From Camelus ferus (taxonomy: Eukaryota), in contig NC_045696.1 in NCBI RefSeq assembly GCF_009834535.1, positions 116,066,001 through 116,130,000 of the forward strand: a stretch of 64,000 nt of DNA, read 5' to 3'. The position numbers were made by a program, and so were the translations under genes. Numbering within the stretch: the stretch's first letter is position 1; each line of letters opens with the position of its first letter. The notes beneath the pieces are model-generated. The model was given only the letters and a program-made list of their open reading frames with translations. It ran no database searches and had not been told where the DNA came from. This document shows positions 27,230 through 40,508 of the stretch, piece by piece.

Positions 27230-27440
27230 AAAAGCCCAGTACTAATTGCTTTATATGCTTTGCCTTATTTAAATATGGCAATAATCCTATCAAGGAGGTA
27301 CCATAATTACATGCCTTACAGAGTGTGCTTATCACCTTCATTTTGTAGATAAGAAAACTCAGTGTGAAAGAGGTTAAGGCAATGGCCCAGAGTTATACTG
27401 CTGATAAAGGCAGTGTCAATACTCACGCTCTGTCCTTTGA
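27230..27440 (-). mobile_element. MIR SINE
   Basis: MIR core CATTTT.TAGAT.AGAAAACT.AG....GAGGTTAAG.AA..GCCCAGAGT. Confidence 0.6.
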
Positions 27441-28084
27441 CAAAAACAGTCCTCTTCACGGACAGAGTCTGATGTCCTAGGTGACAGAAAGGCTTATTGT
27501 AAAAAGACATTCTAACAAATTGAAGTGAGAGCTACTTGGCATCCAGCTTGAGGGCTAGGAGTCTGCAACCAATGTATCTTTCCTCCCCTTAACTACCCTA
27601 GATGGTGCTTTTACTGCTGGCTAGGACCCTGCACTCCTTTGATGTTAGATTCTTTTAGACTTCAGGGTTTGGTAAACAAAGCTGGAACTCCCTGTTTCCC
27701 ATGGTAGAGCCTGAACACAAGCCCGGATTCCAATGGGATTTAAAATGCCGATGGGCCAGTGCGTGTCAAGGTCTCATGACATGACCCCGTGATACATTTT
27801 TTAATAACTCTTCCAGCTCTTACAAGGGTAGAGGGAAAGCCCCGTTTGCAGGCTCATTTCTGGCAACCAGCTCAAGTTCTCTTCTCTGAGCTGTTATCCG
27901 GGCATCATATTGCCTACACTCATTATGCCACTGGGAGACTGCAGATGCTGAAGGTGGCGAAAATGTTGCTGGTGGTGACCCTACTTTTAAGTCTTAAGTC
28001 TGACAATCAATGTGATTTAAACAGATAAATATTGTGTGTGCATACATATTATACCACATAAAGAGTAGCTAAAAAATACATTAT

Positions 28085-28248
28085 ATAGATAGGCATAGGC
28101 GTATACATGGAGACGTAGACACAGTCGGAGACACAGACATACACATACACATATACAGTCACACACACACACACACACACACACAGTCATAGGCATAGGC
28201 ATAAACACAGACATAGACCTTGATGTCGATATAGACACGGACAGGCAT
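28085..28248. repeat. Compound purine-pyrimidine microsatellite: degenerate 6-bp-period array around a (CA)n core
   Basis: TAGGCA TAGGCG TATACA ... TAGACA CAGTCG GAGACA CAGACA TACACA TACACA, then (CA)~12 at 28160-28184, then TAGGCA TAGGCA TAAACA CAGACA TAGACC. Confidence 0.9.
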
Positions 28249-31009
28249 TGTCCCAGCTCACGGTCTCCAGGTCAGGTTACCTGCACTTCCTAAACTGGAA
28301 AGTGGAAACTATGGTAATTATGATACTAAGAGGGCTTAAAAATGGAAATACTTGGAGTTTAATCATAGTAAACTCCATTGGCATCCTTGGCTGTCTCAAG
28401 CCCGCCCGCCGTTCAGTCTGCACCCTGTGTGACATCCTGCATTCCTTTCTGTCTCAGGACACGTGTTAGACTGCTATGCTTAGGATACAGATGTGATCCA
28501 AGTATTTGCTTGATCAATGTGATTTAAACATTACCTTTGTCATAGACGTTTCGATGCTAAATGTTGGATAAGACATTACTGCTCTGGGTATCAGCCCTGG
28601 AGCCAAGATAATAGAAGCAGAACCTTGATCCAGAGATGAATTATTTAATGTGCTGATTGGCTACGGCAAACATGTTAATATCTCAAGAACCTAGGGATAA
28701 AATTCTGAGCAAAACCCTACATATAATAATGGAATCATTTATCCTTTTCTCTCTCATACTAATGGCTCCCATTGTTTGCTATGAGCTATGGGATAATGCG
28801 ATCACTGGGAGAAGGTGAATTAGAAGGAGATAGAGAGAGATCTGTTCTACGGAAATAAGGATTTCCAATACTGATGCTCCACAGAAGGCATTCGGGTCAT
28901 CTAATGGGGACAACTGGTACCCAACTCCAATTATCAGTGACCTAAGGGACTTAAGCCTCATATTGTCAGATCATCCAACTTTTTCAAAAGGCACAAATCA
29001 AAATTTATGTGGGAAATCTCCAAGTTTTTAAATACAGGCAGCAGTCTAAAACTTTTTTAAATAATGTGAGGACCAAATACTTATGTCAGCAAGCTAGCAC
29101 AGCCTGGCACCACCAATTCCAACCTATCATATCAATTGTTATAAAGGATTCCCTGAACTGGGTGAGAAGGGATGTCTGTGTGCACTTTGAGGGGAATAAA
29201 GGTCTCATGTGCTTCAATTAAAACTGCCTCTTTCTCTCAGTTAAACTGCAGGAATCAGGACTATCGAAGGGGTTCCTGGTACCAATTTCAACCAATGCCT
29301 CCTTGTTCTATCGAGGGTCAGGAGAGATCCTGCCACAAGACACCAAAAAGGACCTGGCGCATAACAGTGAATTCTATAAACATGTGTTTGGGTCCTTCTT
29401 TGAGCTATTGTTTCACTTCCTAATCAACCTCTGAAAGAGTCACTCATCGATGCCGACCATGAAAACTTAAATCTCTCTCTGGAAAGAAAATTGTGGCTTG
29501 ACCAGTACATCATTTTATGATGGTGGCTTTGAGGTGGGAGTTCTACATGTGATTAGAAAATTAGCAAGGTGGCTTTTCATTGGACCAATAAACACTAGAA
29601 CTCAGCCTGCAACTGCAGACGCTTTGCCAGCAACAAGGGGAGAGCTGTGCCCAGAATTTCTTGATACCGTTTCCTGTATTTTAAAAGAAGTACAACTTCC
29701 TTGCGAAATGCCGGTCATCTCATGCAGAAAATGCTCCTGGCCCCCTTATCCTTTCACAAGGCTAGCTACTAATTATACGTTCTGTCAGTATCTAACCACT
29801 TCACGGAGCTTGTTCTAGGTGACTTAGCATCTGAGCAGAAGTATCTGCAGTGTCTTGGGTTAGTGGCAGCAAAATGAGGAACCACCTCCAGGGGCAATCG
29901 AAGATGGGGCCATAACAAATGTTAGTACTAACAGGTACCCAAAGGCTAAAATATTTTGAACCCAGGATAGAGATCAGAGAGACAGAGATTTCGATTGTTT
30001 TTCCAAAACTGAAATGGTTCTGGTTGGTTTCTTATTTCCTTGTGGTTAGATCAAATTCTCTGAAATTATAAAAAATGGTATGCCTGCCATAGCCCTGTGT
30101 CATTCAGGAAAATCTGCAATTTGCTTTTAGCTCTTATTTCCATTTAAAGTTGAATCATTTTATCCTATGAGAATTTGTATCAAAAAAAAAAAAATAGAAA
30201 CCCATCTTCGTGACTGCCAGAGAGGTAATAAAACCAGAGGAAAAACAGGATGGAAAGCTACTCCCAATGAATAATTCTTTTGACAGGCCCCCCACAATGG
30301 AGGCATTGGGTGGATTTAACTTGACATCCTTTCCTTTTAATTGCAGGTGAACGAGCTCCAAGAGGAGCACGTGTGGCAGGCACCTAACAGCTAAATGCCA
30401 TCAACTCTTTGTAAATGTGCTGAACCCAATCTCTGCCTACTGATGTGTCATCCTGTTTTCCTATTAGCAGCTGAAAATATACCTGCTTCTAAGTCAGAGG
30501 TTGACATGTAAGCCAGGGTACAAGACGGCTGCAGCCAGTAGCACATCTCTGCTTCATAGGACCGTGGAAGTCCTCGGCTTTTGGTGCACGTAGGACGAGA
30601 GAGCGCGTGTAAAATCGAAGTCCGAGATAAGGCTAATTGTTTCACGTCTTTGGCAATACATCTGATCTATTTTGAGTTCAGTAGGTCCTAGGAAATACTT
30701 CCTACTACTCACTAATGTCTACAAAGTAATTTCTGCCCAATTTTGCTACTAAAGACATTCTCTTGGGAGTCATAGGAGACTTAGCGATCCCCAAATTGAA
30801 AAACCTTTTCTGGTCTTGACTTTCATTGGCTTCTGTCTCAGATTTGACTCTGTTGCTCATTTCTTCCTTTCTGAGAGTCCCTCTTTCCCTGGCTTCCTGA
30901 ATATCACTAGTTTTCTTTTTTTTTTTTTTTCTCTTTGACCATTTATTCTTTGTCTTCTGCTGACTCCTCCTGTGACAACCTACACGTGTTGTGCCATCAG
31001 TCTTACAAC

Positions 31010-31215
31010 AATAACAATAGCTGACATTCATCGATCTTAATAAATTGCATTATCTCATTCAATCCTCACATCCACACAGTGAGGTAGATGTTATTACCCC
31101 CATTATGTAGATAAGAAAAATGAGGCTTGAAGGTTAAACGCTCAAGGACACAGAATAAGAGGGAGAACCATGTTTTTAACCCATGTCCATCTGACCTCTG
31201 AGCTCACTTTCATAA
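31010..31215 (-). mobile_element. MIR SINE
   Basis: GCATTATCTCATT.AATCCTCACA..C...GTGAGGTAG.TGTTATTA.CCCCATT.T..AGAT.AG.AAA.TGAGGCT. Confidence 0.7.
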
Positions 31216-32109
31216 CCTCTATCCTTTAATGCCTCTTTTTTATTTCTCTTCTTAAGGCACACAAGCACTTCACCTACTGTGATTTCCAAATTTCATTTTC
31301 TCCTACCACAGATTTCCAGCGTATCAAGTCTACTTTCTACACGCCCAGCACCTTCATTAGACATCCTCATCTTCCTCAACTGAATAACAAAATTGAGTTC
31401 ATTCTCTCTCCCCAAACTCCCTGCCTCCCAATTTCTGCTAACATTATCTTCCCAATGAGGCAGTTTGGTGAAATATGCTCTAGAAACTTTTGGGTTTTTT
31501 ACGGAAAGGGTCTGATCAAAACTACTTAATTATATGAAAGAAATAATCAGAATGGTACTCCAGCCAGTAAGCCAGTTGTTGGCTGTTTATTGAATTCAGG
31601 ATGGACCTAGAAAGCACTGAACTAATTCCAATTCAAATAAACAGGGGTCTTTATGCCCAGAATGAGAGAGAACAAAGAAACATATAAATTGTGGAAGTCT
31701 ACCCTCAACCCCTACAAATCAGGAAGCCTTACACAGCACCTCTCCAGGAGGAAACCTACGGAGGTCAGCTAAGAGACCACTAAGTCTGGGAATGGAATTG
31801 GTTAAACAGCCATTTTCATCTTGTAGCATTCTCCCCAGGCTGGACAAAAATGACAGTCACGCAACCAAGGATGTTTATGAGCAAATCCTCTATGAGGCTG
31901 ACAGCCATGGCTCTCAAGACAGAAGCTAGAGTTGGCTTGGACGACTTAAAAACTTTTTAAACAAATCCTTGCATCTAAAAATGCTTTGTAATGTATATTG
32001 ACTTAATCTAGTTACCCAACCACCCTGGAAAGCACTTTGCAGCATGTATTAAAGCCCACTAAAAATGTTCAGATTTTTTAAGGTAGTTAATCTCCTTCTG
32101 AGGACTTAC

Positions 32110-33310
32110 AAATGATGTTGACTAAGAGGGGAAATACATACACATAGTCTAGATGTCTTGGCCACCTATTTAATGATACTGAAAACTGGGAAATAACCTA
32201 AATGGTCAACAAGGAGGGAATACTTAATTAAACAGGCAAGATACTCGACTGGGAAGCTATTAAAACTACAGCTTGACAGGCAGAATTTGCAAAATGTTTT
32301 TCAAAAATATGATTTGAGATGTGAAAAGAGTAATACAAAGTTGTTATCTGTGGCATAATCAAAAGTGCATCAAAAGTGTAATTCATATGAAGAATATGAA
32401 AAAACAATTTTATTTGTCATGGCAGAACTGTAGGTGTTTTTAAATTTAATTTTTATCTTCATTCATGTTGTTATTAGGTTGTACAACAAATCGTCATTTT
32501 TTAAATGACTGGTGTTCACTCTATAGATACACAGCCCCAAAAGAGTTACAGGGAGCTGACCTCTCCCCAGCCCTCCTCCCAGACTTCCCAATGCCATTTC
32601 ACATTGCTGCCTGGCACACAATTGATTTAGCTCTAGCAAGGCGGGCTAGTCCCTGAGGTCATCAGAACAAAGTAACCAGAAAATAGAAGGATGACATTTT
32701 ATAATGAGACTGCAAAATGGCTGAAAGACAATTTTTCACTCCCACGCAGGCATTTCCTACCCCGTCTATTACTTATCATTAACCAATATCACTTAGATTC
32801 AGCCATTAATCTGCCCGGTGCCCTTGGACAAGGTATCCACCTTCTGTTTCCTTGTCTACCATGCATGTGAGCAAGTGCACATGCAGACACACGTGTTGAT
32901 CTTTAAGGTCCTAATCTAGCCTTCTGTAATTGCCCTGCCATTTTCATGAGAACAGAATATAGAGTTCTGGAGGGAGAATAAATTGGCACAACCTTTCCTG
33001 AGGAGGTGTTGGCAATATACATATCAAGAGCCTTGTAAGTGCCCACACTATTTGACATAGTAATTCCATCTCTGGATTTTTTTTTTCCTAAGGAAATTAT
33101 CAGAAATGCCCACAAAGATCTGTCAACTAGGAAATTTGCCTTATGCATAAATGCCCAAAAAAAAAAAAAAATCAAGACAAATGTCAAGCAGATAGGAATT
33201 GGTTAAGGATCTCCTCTGCAGACAGATGATATATTTTGAAATCATCAGAAAATACGTTTTAAAGGAATGTTTAATGACATAAGCACAATGTTTAGCATAA
33301 AATAGTAAGT
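32110..33310 (+). mobile_element. Decayed L1ME-like 3' fragments (two pieces, ~32110-32450 and ~32950-33310)
   Basis: AAAACTGGGAAATAACCTAAATG.TCAACAA and AAATTGG.ACAACCTTT..GGAGG...TTGGCAATAT..ATCAA...TTTGAC.AGTAATTCCA..TCTGGA motifs. Confidence 0.5.
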
Positions 33311-33336
33311 AAAAGAGCCGGTGGCTACAATCATTT

Positions 33337-33432
33337 GATAGATAGATGGATAGATGGATGGATGGATAGATAGATAGATAGAGATAGATAATAGGTAGAT
33401 TTATACATATATACACATACAGAGAGAGAGAA
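33337..33432. repeat. (GATA)/(GATG) tetranucleotide microsatellite followed by TA/CA/GA runs
   Basis: Direct reading: GATAGATAGATGGATAGATGGATGGATGGATAGATAGATAGATA... Confidence 0.92.
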
Positions 33433-36400
33433 AGTGAGGGAGAGAAGGGAGAAAAAGAGACTAGTTTTATATCAGATTTGCTACTAATTACCACGCATAT
33501 GAACCTTGAAAGTTACTTAGCTTCTCTGTGCCTCCATTTTCTCACTGGAAAAGTGAAATAACAGTACTTATCTGATCGAACTATTTTGAGAATTGAGTTA
33601 ATAATTCAAAGCTCTTCATCATCACCCAGCCTCCACCAAGCACACAGTCGATATTGGCTGGGTCCTCAAATGAGATAAGAGGAAAGAAACTGTAACAAAA
33701 TCCTTTCATCTCCATGCCCTTAAAGCATTTTCACACATCCATTTGATTCAGGTCTCACAACAACTCTAAAGAGTGATTAGACAAAGTTTCCCATTTCTAG
33801 GTTTCAGGTGAAGAGACTCAAACACAAAAGTATCCTAATTAACCCCGTGGTAACAAATAAGTCAGTGGCAGGACTGGGAGTAAACTCTCTCTTTTATTCT
33901 TCCTTTCTAGCGCTCCTGCTATTATTTAAGAAATACTAAATATACTATTTGAATTTTTTTACCATGTGCATATATTACCTGACCAAAAAAATGTTAACTT
34001 TCACATTTTAAATTTTTCTCAAATGAAAGAACGTTAAGGGAACATGCCGTCTCATTAAAGGGAAGGAATCGACTGTTTCCCGTTCTCTGCCAACTTGCCA
34101 GCCGCCCAGCAGTGAAAGCATCAAAGCCACCTACTACCTGACAGTCTCCCCAGGTGTGCGCGACTGCTATTCAGTCCCAAGCACACAGTTCCTGTCTAAC
34201 TGCTCACTTCTTGCAGAGGTACGAGGAAGGTAGTGCTGGGACAGACTGGAGAGATTGCTTCAGTCCCACAAATCCTGGGTAGACCATTTCAGAGAACTTG
34301 AGATGGGAAGACAGGAAAGGATTCTCCGCTCTTGGTGACCATCTAGGGACATGTGAAGATGACAGAAGTTTCTACTTGCTGCTCATGTTGCAAGTTACCT
34401 AAAAATCCCACTGAGTTTACCGTATCTTAGACTAGAGATTTTGCTCGATGTGTTGAGAATTGATCCAATTTGCTTGGTGCAGAAGTAAAAGCCTAAGTGT
34501 GGAGCAATAGAAAAGGAAAAGTAAGCCTGAACTTTGACAACGTCAGGTACAAGCAGGGGTCCTAACTTTGGCTGGATAACAACACAGCTTTCTGCACAGG
34601 AGACGTTTGGGAAGCACCTCCCTAGCAGATTCAGTGTGTCAGTTGGGAGTCTGCTGTAGATTCAGCTCTTCCATACATGCACAGAGTGGTGTGAAGTTAA
34701 TCCACTCACCTCTCTGTGTCACATGCACCATCCAAAATATCAGGCTATTCCAATGATCCTCTAAGAGATCAACAGACAACATAGAAGATCCCTACAGAAT
34801 TTGAAGTTCTAATGGAGAGACCACCTAAAATCTATGCTGCAATAAAATACCACTTCAAATGGAGGAAAATAACATAGAAGCATCTTGTCCTCGATTCATG
34901 CAAATCTGCTGCTGATGCCAAGGCTGCTAAGTAGAATAATAGTGTGTCTGACTCACTGTCGTGAAATGTAAAATGCAAGAGAAAAAAGCGGAGGCAGAAA
35001 AGGCAAGAATCATTATCTTCAAACTCGAAAAGAATTGGACTCATAAATTCCTCTTCTTCTGCCATCCATCAAGGATTAAAATACTTTCAGCTCATTGCTC
35101 AACCACCTCAACGTGCTTAATGCTGTACAGGGGAAGAGCTTAAAATCCAGCAGCTAACGCCCACGTTCATCTTGGAGTGTGAATGGGAAGAAGGAGAGAG
35201 GGTCATTTATTTGGTTTAAGAAAAAAGTCTATTCTCTTGACTTCAAATTTCTTCCAGGAACATAGAGAAGGTACAGGTATAAAATATATGTTAAAAAGCA
35301 AATGTCAATTCAAATGGTAAAAAGCAAAATCATAGCCCGGCAGGCACACGACAGAAGCTCCTTTTACAGTCTCCTCAATTCAGTTAACAGCCTCCAACCC
35401 CCTGGGTGTCACTGTGACGATATCACACCCTCATCCCTGCGTCCAGAAGTCAGCAGATGCCTCAAGGCTCTCCTCTCCACTCCCTCTTCTACCCCCACAC
35501 CAAGCCCCAACGGCCTGGGCTCAAGATTTTCATCTCCCAGGCTCCAGCAGTCCAACTATCTGCTCAAGTGTCATCTTCTGTACAACTGAGTCAGCTCCTT
35601 GAGTATAAATATTTGTGGGTTCCCATTTATCACCTTCCCTTGTTACAAGCCACTGGCATGTGAACAGACACAAACCTTAAGACTTGCTTTCTTGGCCCCC
35701 AGTTGTTTCCCCAATTTTTTTTTTTTTACTAGTTTCTAGCATTTAGTATCATGAGAGCTCACATTTTAAAAATGAGATTTTTAGCCTTCTCCCTGAAAAT
35801 TGGGATATCTGGCAGTAGGGATTCATAAACTAGAAAAATCATCTGTGGGAATGAAGTCTCAGCTACCTTCCTTGGAAGGGTTCTTCCTCCCCAGGCTTCC
35901 ACAGGCACTACTTTATCCGTGTTGCTCTTTTACATTTCCTTCCTGATCTCTGTGTGCAATCTGTGACCTATGACCCACAGGGTCAAACTCTTCATCGTGG
36001 TTTTCCAAGCCCTTCACCATATTGTTCCAACTTCAACGTGCCAGGTCTGGTTTCCACCCACTCTGCCCTCATAAACACCTGCCATCACACAGCCTCCCCC
36101 ATCACAGAGCACGCGCTCATTGTCAAGTAGGCTTTTATTCGGAGTATCCTCCCTAACCTTGCTTTGCCTTGTAAAATCCATTACCCAGGCGCTATGAATC
36201 AACTCAGACGATACCACCTCTTGACTGCCTTCCCTAACTGCTTCTACTGGAATTCTCATCACCTCCATTTTCATAACATTGCTAGAGCACTTGCCAAGAC
36301 GCTTTTAAAACGTTAAGGGTCAGTGTCCCTAAACTTTGTCGGGGACGGTGTTGCATCTTATTCTCTACATGGAAGCCAGCATAGGCATGGCCAACAGCGG

Positions 36401-39400
36401 ATGTTCCATAAACATGTGTTCAAATAAAAGCAGACACCAAGGACCATGACTGGGATGCGAATGCTCTTCTCTGCTTCCCCACATGACGCTTTCTTCTACA
36501 ACCAAGCTTCAGTCAAGGGACAACATCTGTAGTATTGTGCTCCAGAACCTCCCCCGAATGTGAAGATGGTTCCACTAATATCCTTGACCCATGTCTTCTC
36601 TTTGAATATAATGATCTGGAGAGAATCTCATCTTAAATACCTAGTTATCTGAGAATGACTTGATTGCCACTCTTTCTCCTCCCCCCTTGACAGGCAGAAA
36701 ACAATAATTCATGGAGGCAGCAGAATGTTGGCCAAAGGTCCCTACGTGGTCTATCGGAGAGGGTGGGGACAGGAGCAGGTTTTGTGCAGTTCTCTCTCCG
36801 ACCCTGTCACTAGCCAGCCACACTCCTGTCCTCTGTAATTAGAATTGACTCAACTCCTGTAGCATTGCTCTGCTGAGACAAGAATCGGGATCCTCACAAC
36901 CATAGCGTTAGAAACGTTACAGGCTTCATAAAAACAATCACATCAGCTATAAAACGGTAGGTGATCTGGCGTGCCTGGATGGAGAAACAAATTACAGGTA
37001 ACTCCTAGCCCACCTTCCATTATTGTGGGAAATGATACATTGCACCTATTTCCAGGCAGAATGCCACAGCAGTAAAGAGAGAATAAATGTTTTTCAAATG
37101 ATAGGAAATAAGACTGGAAAAGATCTTGCCGGATAGACTTTAAATTATAGTTTCTGAGAACTGGAGCCATCCCAACACCATTCTGAGGAAGAGGGGGTTT
37201 AAAGAGATTAGCTGAAAAATCTTGATACACCTCTCATTTATTATGGAAATAGCAGACAGTCTAGAATCTGTCACATCTTAAGTTGCTCTACTGATTACAG
37301 GTATGACCTTGATCAAGATCCAATCTCTTTGTTAAAATGGTTTATGTCTTCATCTGTTAAAGAAAAAGAAATAGGAATCTTACTACTGAACCCACTGCTG
37401 TGTAATTTCACAGAGTTCTTTTAAGGGTTAAACAAGACAACGTAGAGGCAAGAATTAGCCTCATGCCTGGAACACAGCAGATTCTAAGTAAATCAATGTT
37501 TGTGACCTTCCTCTACCCACATCTCTACAGTTTTCTACCATTAGAGGTAAACTACCTCCCAGGTCCCTCACCCTCACTCACACATAGAGCACCACTACCC
37601 CAACTCCCCCGCCCACCCTATCCTTTCTCTTGCTTTGTCCACCACCTAGACAACCCCCGGATGTGTGCACGTCTCTGTAGGGTTTTATACAGTGCACTTC
37701 TATCTGCTATCATGCCAGAGTAAGATCAGATTTATAATCCTTTTGCTTCAGGATATTAAAAAATAATAATAATAATAATAACCACCGAGAACTTTAAAGA
37801 CCTCATAAGAGCATCTATGGTAGAGTGACTCAAATGCCCCCTAGGCTTCAACCTTTTCCATCTTGGACCTCCCTAAAAAAATGACTTGGAAATGCCCTGT
37901 CATGTCTCATTGCCCTGCCTTTATCACTGCTGACAGATCATGGAACCGTTTAGAAGCTGATGAGGTATAACTATTACGGTTTAAAACTCAGTGACGGACA
38001 GCACCGCCAGGTTAAAAGGACGGAAAGCACAGAGATGCCTGACTAGTGCAAGTCCTACTAATGCAGAGTGACTGTTCATTTGGGGACTGTCTGAAAAAGT
38101 GAAAAAATTTCATAAATCAGCAATGGGGGAGCCATTTTCCTGACAACTAGAGATGAGGAAAGGTAGACAGCAGTGTGGCAGTGACCCCCCCCCCGCCCCA
38201 TCCCAGTCTTTAGATAGCCTATGCATTGGACCCTCCCTCTCAAAGGAGTGTTAGTGAGTTGGTGGTGGTGGGTTTGGTTTTTTTTTTTTTTTTTTTGGCA
38301 GAGGGGGACAGCCCCACAGAATAAACTTGTTTCCCTTGCTGAGCATCTCCCTAGGTGTCTCCATGTGATGAAATCCCAAGCAGAGAAAGCTGAGGGAAGT
38401 GACAAGCCGTGCACCATGCCTTGTGTGGCTAGCTGGTGCTTGTCCCTGAGGAACAGCTTGCTGTCTCACTGCACAGAATCGCTCTGTCCAGCTGGACACT
38501 CCTGAGGCCATGGGAACTGTCCACACTGATGCCTCCTATTCTTGAACCAGGAGATCCTCTCTTGCCATCTGGCCCCCTGAAATCCCCACTTCCCCCGTCT
38601 TTCCCAGCTGCTAACTCTCCCCCCAGCCATCAACAAGGTCCAGTCTCTTCTGGGTCTTGGACATTTTCAGGCCAGCACTGAGGCTTTTATGCCCCAGACC
38701 ATCTTTCTGATATGGGTAATGAGGGGGCAGGATGGACTTCACACCAGTGCACAGCGAAAGAAGACAGGCGTGGGGGGATATGCAACTCCAGGGTGCAGTT
38801 TACTTTTTGACTGCTTTTTCCTTAGCTTTTGCTTGTCTAAAAACATCAGCCAACTTATGTTTCAAGGGTGAATTATCTACCAATAACTATTGAGATCTGT
38901 ATGTAAGATTCCTGTCTCCCCAGGGACCGCTTCTTTGTAGGTCTTATTTTGAGAAACACACATCCACATCCACATGTATGCCCTTCCTGTGTTTGAAGCA
39001 TCATGTGCAACAACTCCATTCCATTGGCCCTTCTCACTCGAAGGACGATCAGCTATAAGAGGTGCCCCGTCAAATGAGGGGAGAGGCAGGCTATTAGCTA
39101 AGGAGGCACAGAGCACAGCTGTTAACCCCACCCTACATTTGAAGCAAAGAAGACTGAATGTAGGGACAGAACAGTGCAAGGCTCCCAGGTGAGTGAACAT
39201 GGCCAGCACAGGTCACCTGGCTTGTGACAGGAGGTTGATGTCCTCATCATGGCAGGCTTCAGTCGCTCCTTCCGCCAAATCATTCTTTTTAGTACTGACT
39301 AGCCGCTTCCCTGGGGTACAGGAAACGGGGAAAAAACATTTCCAACACTTCCAGTTCAATGTTCCTGAATTTTCACTAGGCTAAAATTTTCTTGGTTACA

Positions 39401-39562
39401 GATTGGACTAAAGCTTGGCCCATTGGGATGGGAGTAGGAAAACGGAAGAAACCACCTGGGTTTTCTCTAATGTCAGTCCTTGTTGTACTAATTAGTGCAA
39501 GTAAGTATGAGCTGGTAGAGTTGCCAAGCACAGATAGGACAAAATAGGCACTTCACGAATAC

Positions 39563-39640
39563 GTTTTATTTCTTTTAATTCTTGAAATATAATTGACATA
39601 TAACATTGTGTCAGTTTAAGGTGCACAACTGGTTGATTTG
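39563..39640 (-). mobile_element. 3' terminus of an older LINE-1, interrupted by the element at 39641
   Basis: T-rich tract then TTGAAATATAATTGACATATAACATTGTG..TTTAAGGTG.ACAAC, typical of an older mammalian L1 3' end in reverse. Confidence 0.7.
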
Positions 39641-40508
39641 TTTTTTCATTTTATTTTTTTTAATTGACGTGTAGTCAGTTTACAATACGTCAATTTCCGG
39701 TGTGGTGTACAGCATAATGTTCCAGTCATGCATATACATATATACATATATTCCTTTTCATATTCTTTTTCATTAAAGCTTATTACAAGATACTGAATAT
39801 AGTTCCCTGTGTTACACAGAAGAAATTTGTTTTTTATCTCTTTTTATAGATAATAGTTAATATCTGTAAATCTCGAACTCCCAAATTTATCCCTTCCCAC
39901 CCTCATTCCCTTGGTAATCATAAGATTATTTACCATGTCTGTGAGTCTGTTTCTGTTTTGTAGATGAGTTCATTAGTGTCTTCTTTTTTCTATTTTCTTT
40001 TTTTAGATTCCACAAATGAGTGATATCATATGGTATTTTTCTTTCTCTTTCTGGCTTACTTCACTTAGTATGACAATCTCCAGGTCCATCCATGTTGCTG
40101 CAAATGGTGTTATTTTATTCTTTTTATGGCTGAATAGTATTCCATTGTATAAATATACCACATCTTCTTTATCCAGTCATCTGTCAATGGACATTTAGGT
40201 AGTTTCCATGTCTTGGCTATTGTAAATAGTGCTGCTGTGAACATTGGGCTGCATGTATCTTTTCGAATTAGAGTTCCCTCCAGATAAATGCCCAGGAGTG
40301 GGATTGCTGGATCATATGGTAAGTCTATTTTTAGTTTTTTGAGGAACCTCCATACTGTTTTCCACAGTGGCTGCACCAAACTGCATTCCCACCAGCAGTG
40401 TAGGAGGGTTCCCTTTTCTCCACAGCCTCCCCAGCATTTATCATTTGTGGGCTTTTTAATGACGGCCATTCTGACTGGTGTGAGGTGATACCTCGTAGTT
40501 TTTAATTT
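39641..40508 (-). mobile_element. 5'-truncated LINE-1 (ORF2 C-terminus and 3' UTR)
   Basis: T-rich tail at ~39641-39661. Minus ORF 40110..40469 reads [19 protein letters not shown]...[12 protein letters not shown]...[14 protein letters not shown]. Closely similar to the copies at 8757-9287 and 19602-20373. No TSD found. Confidence 0.93.
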
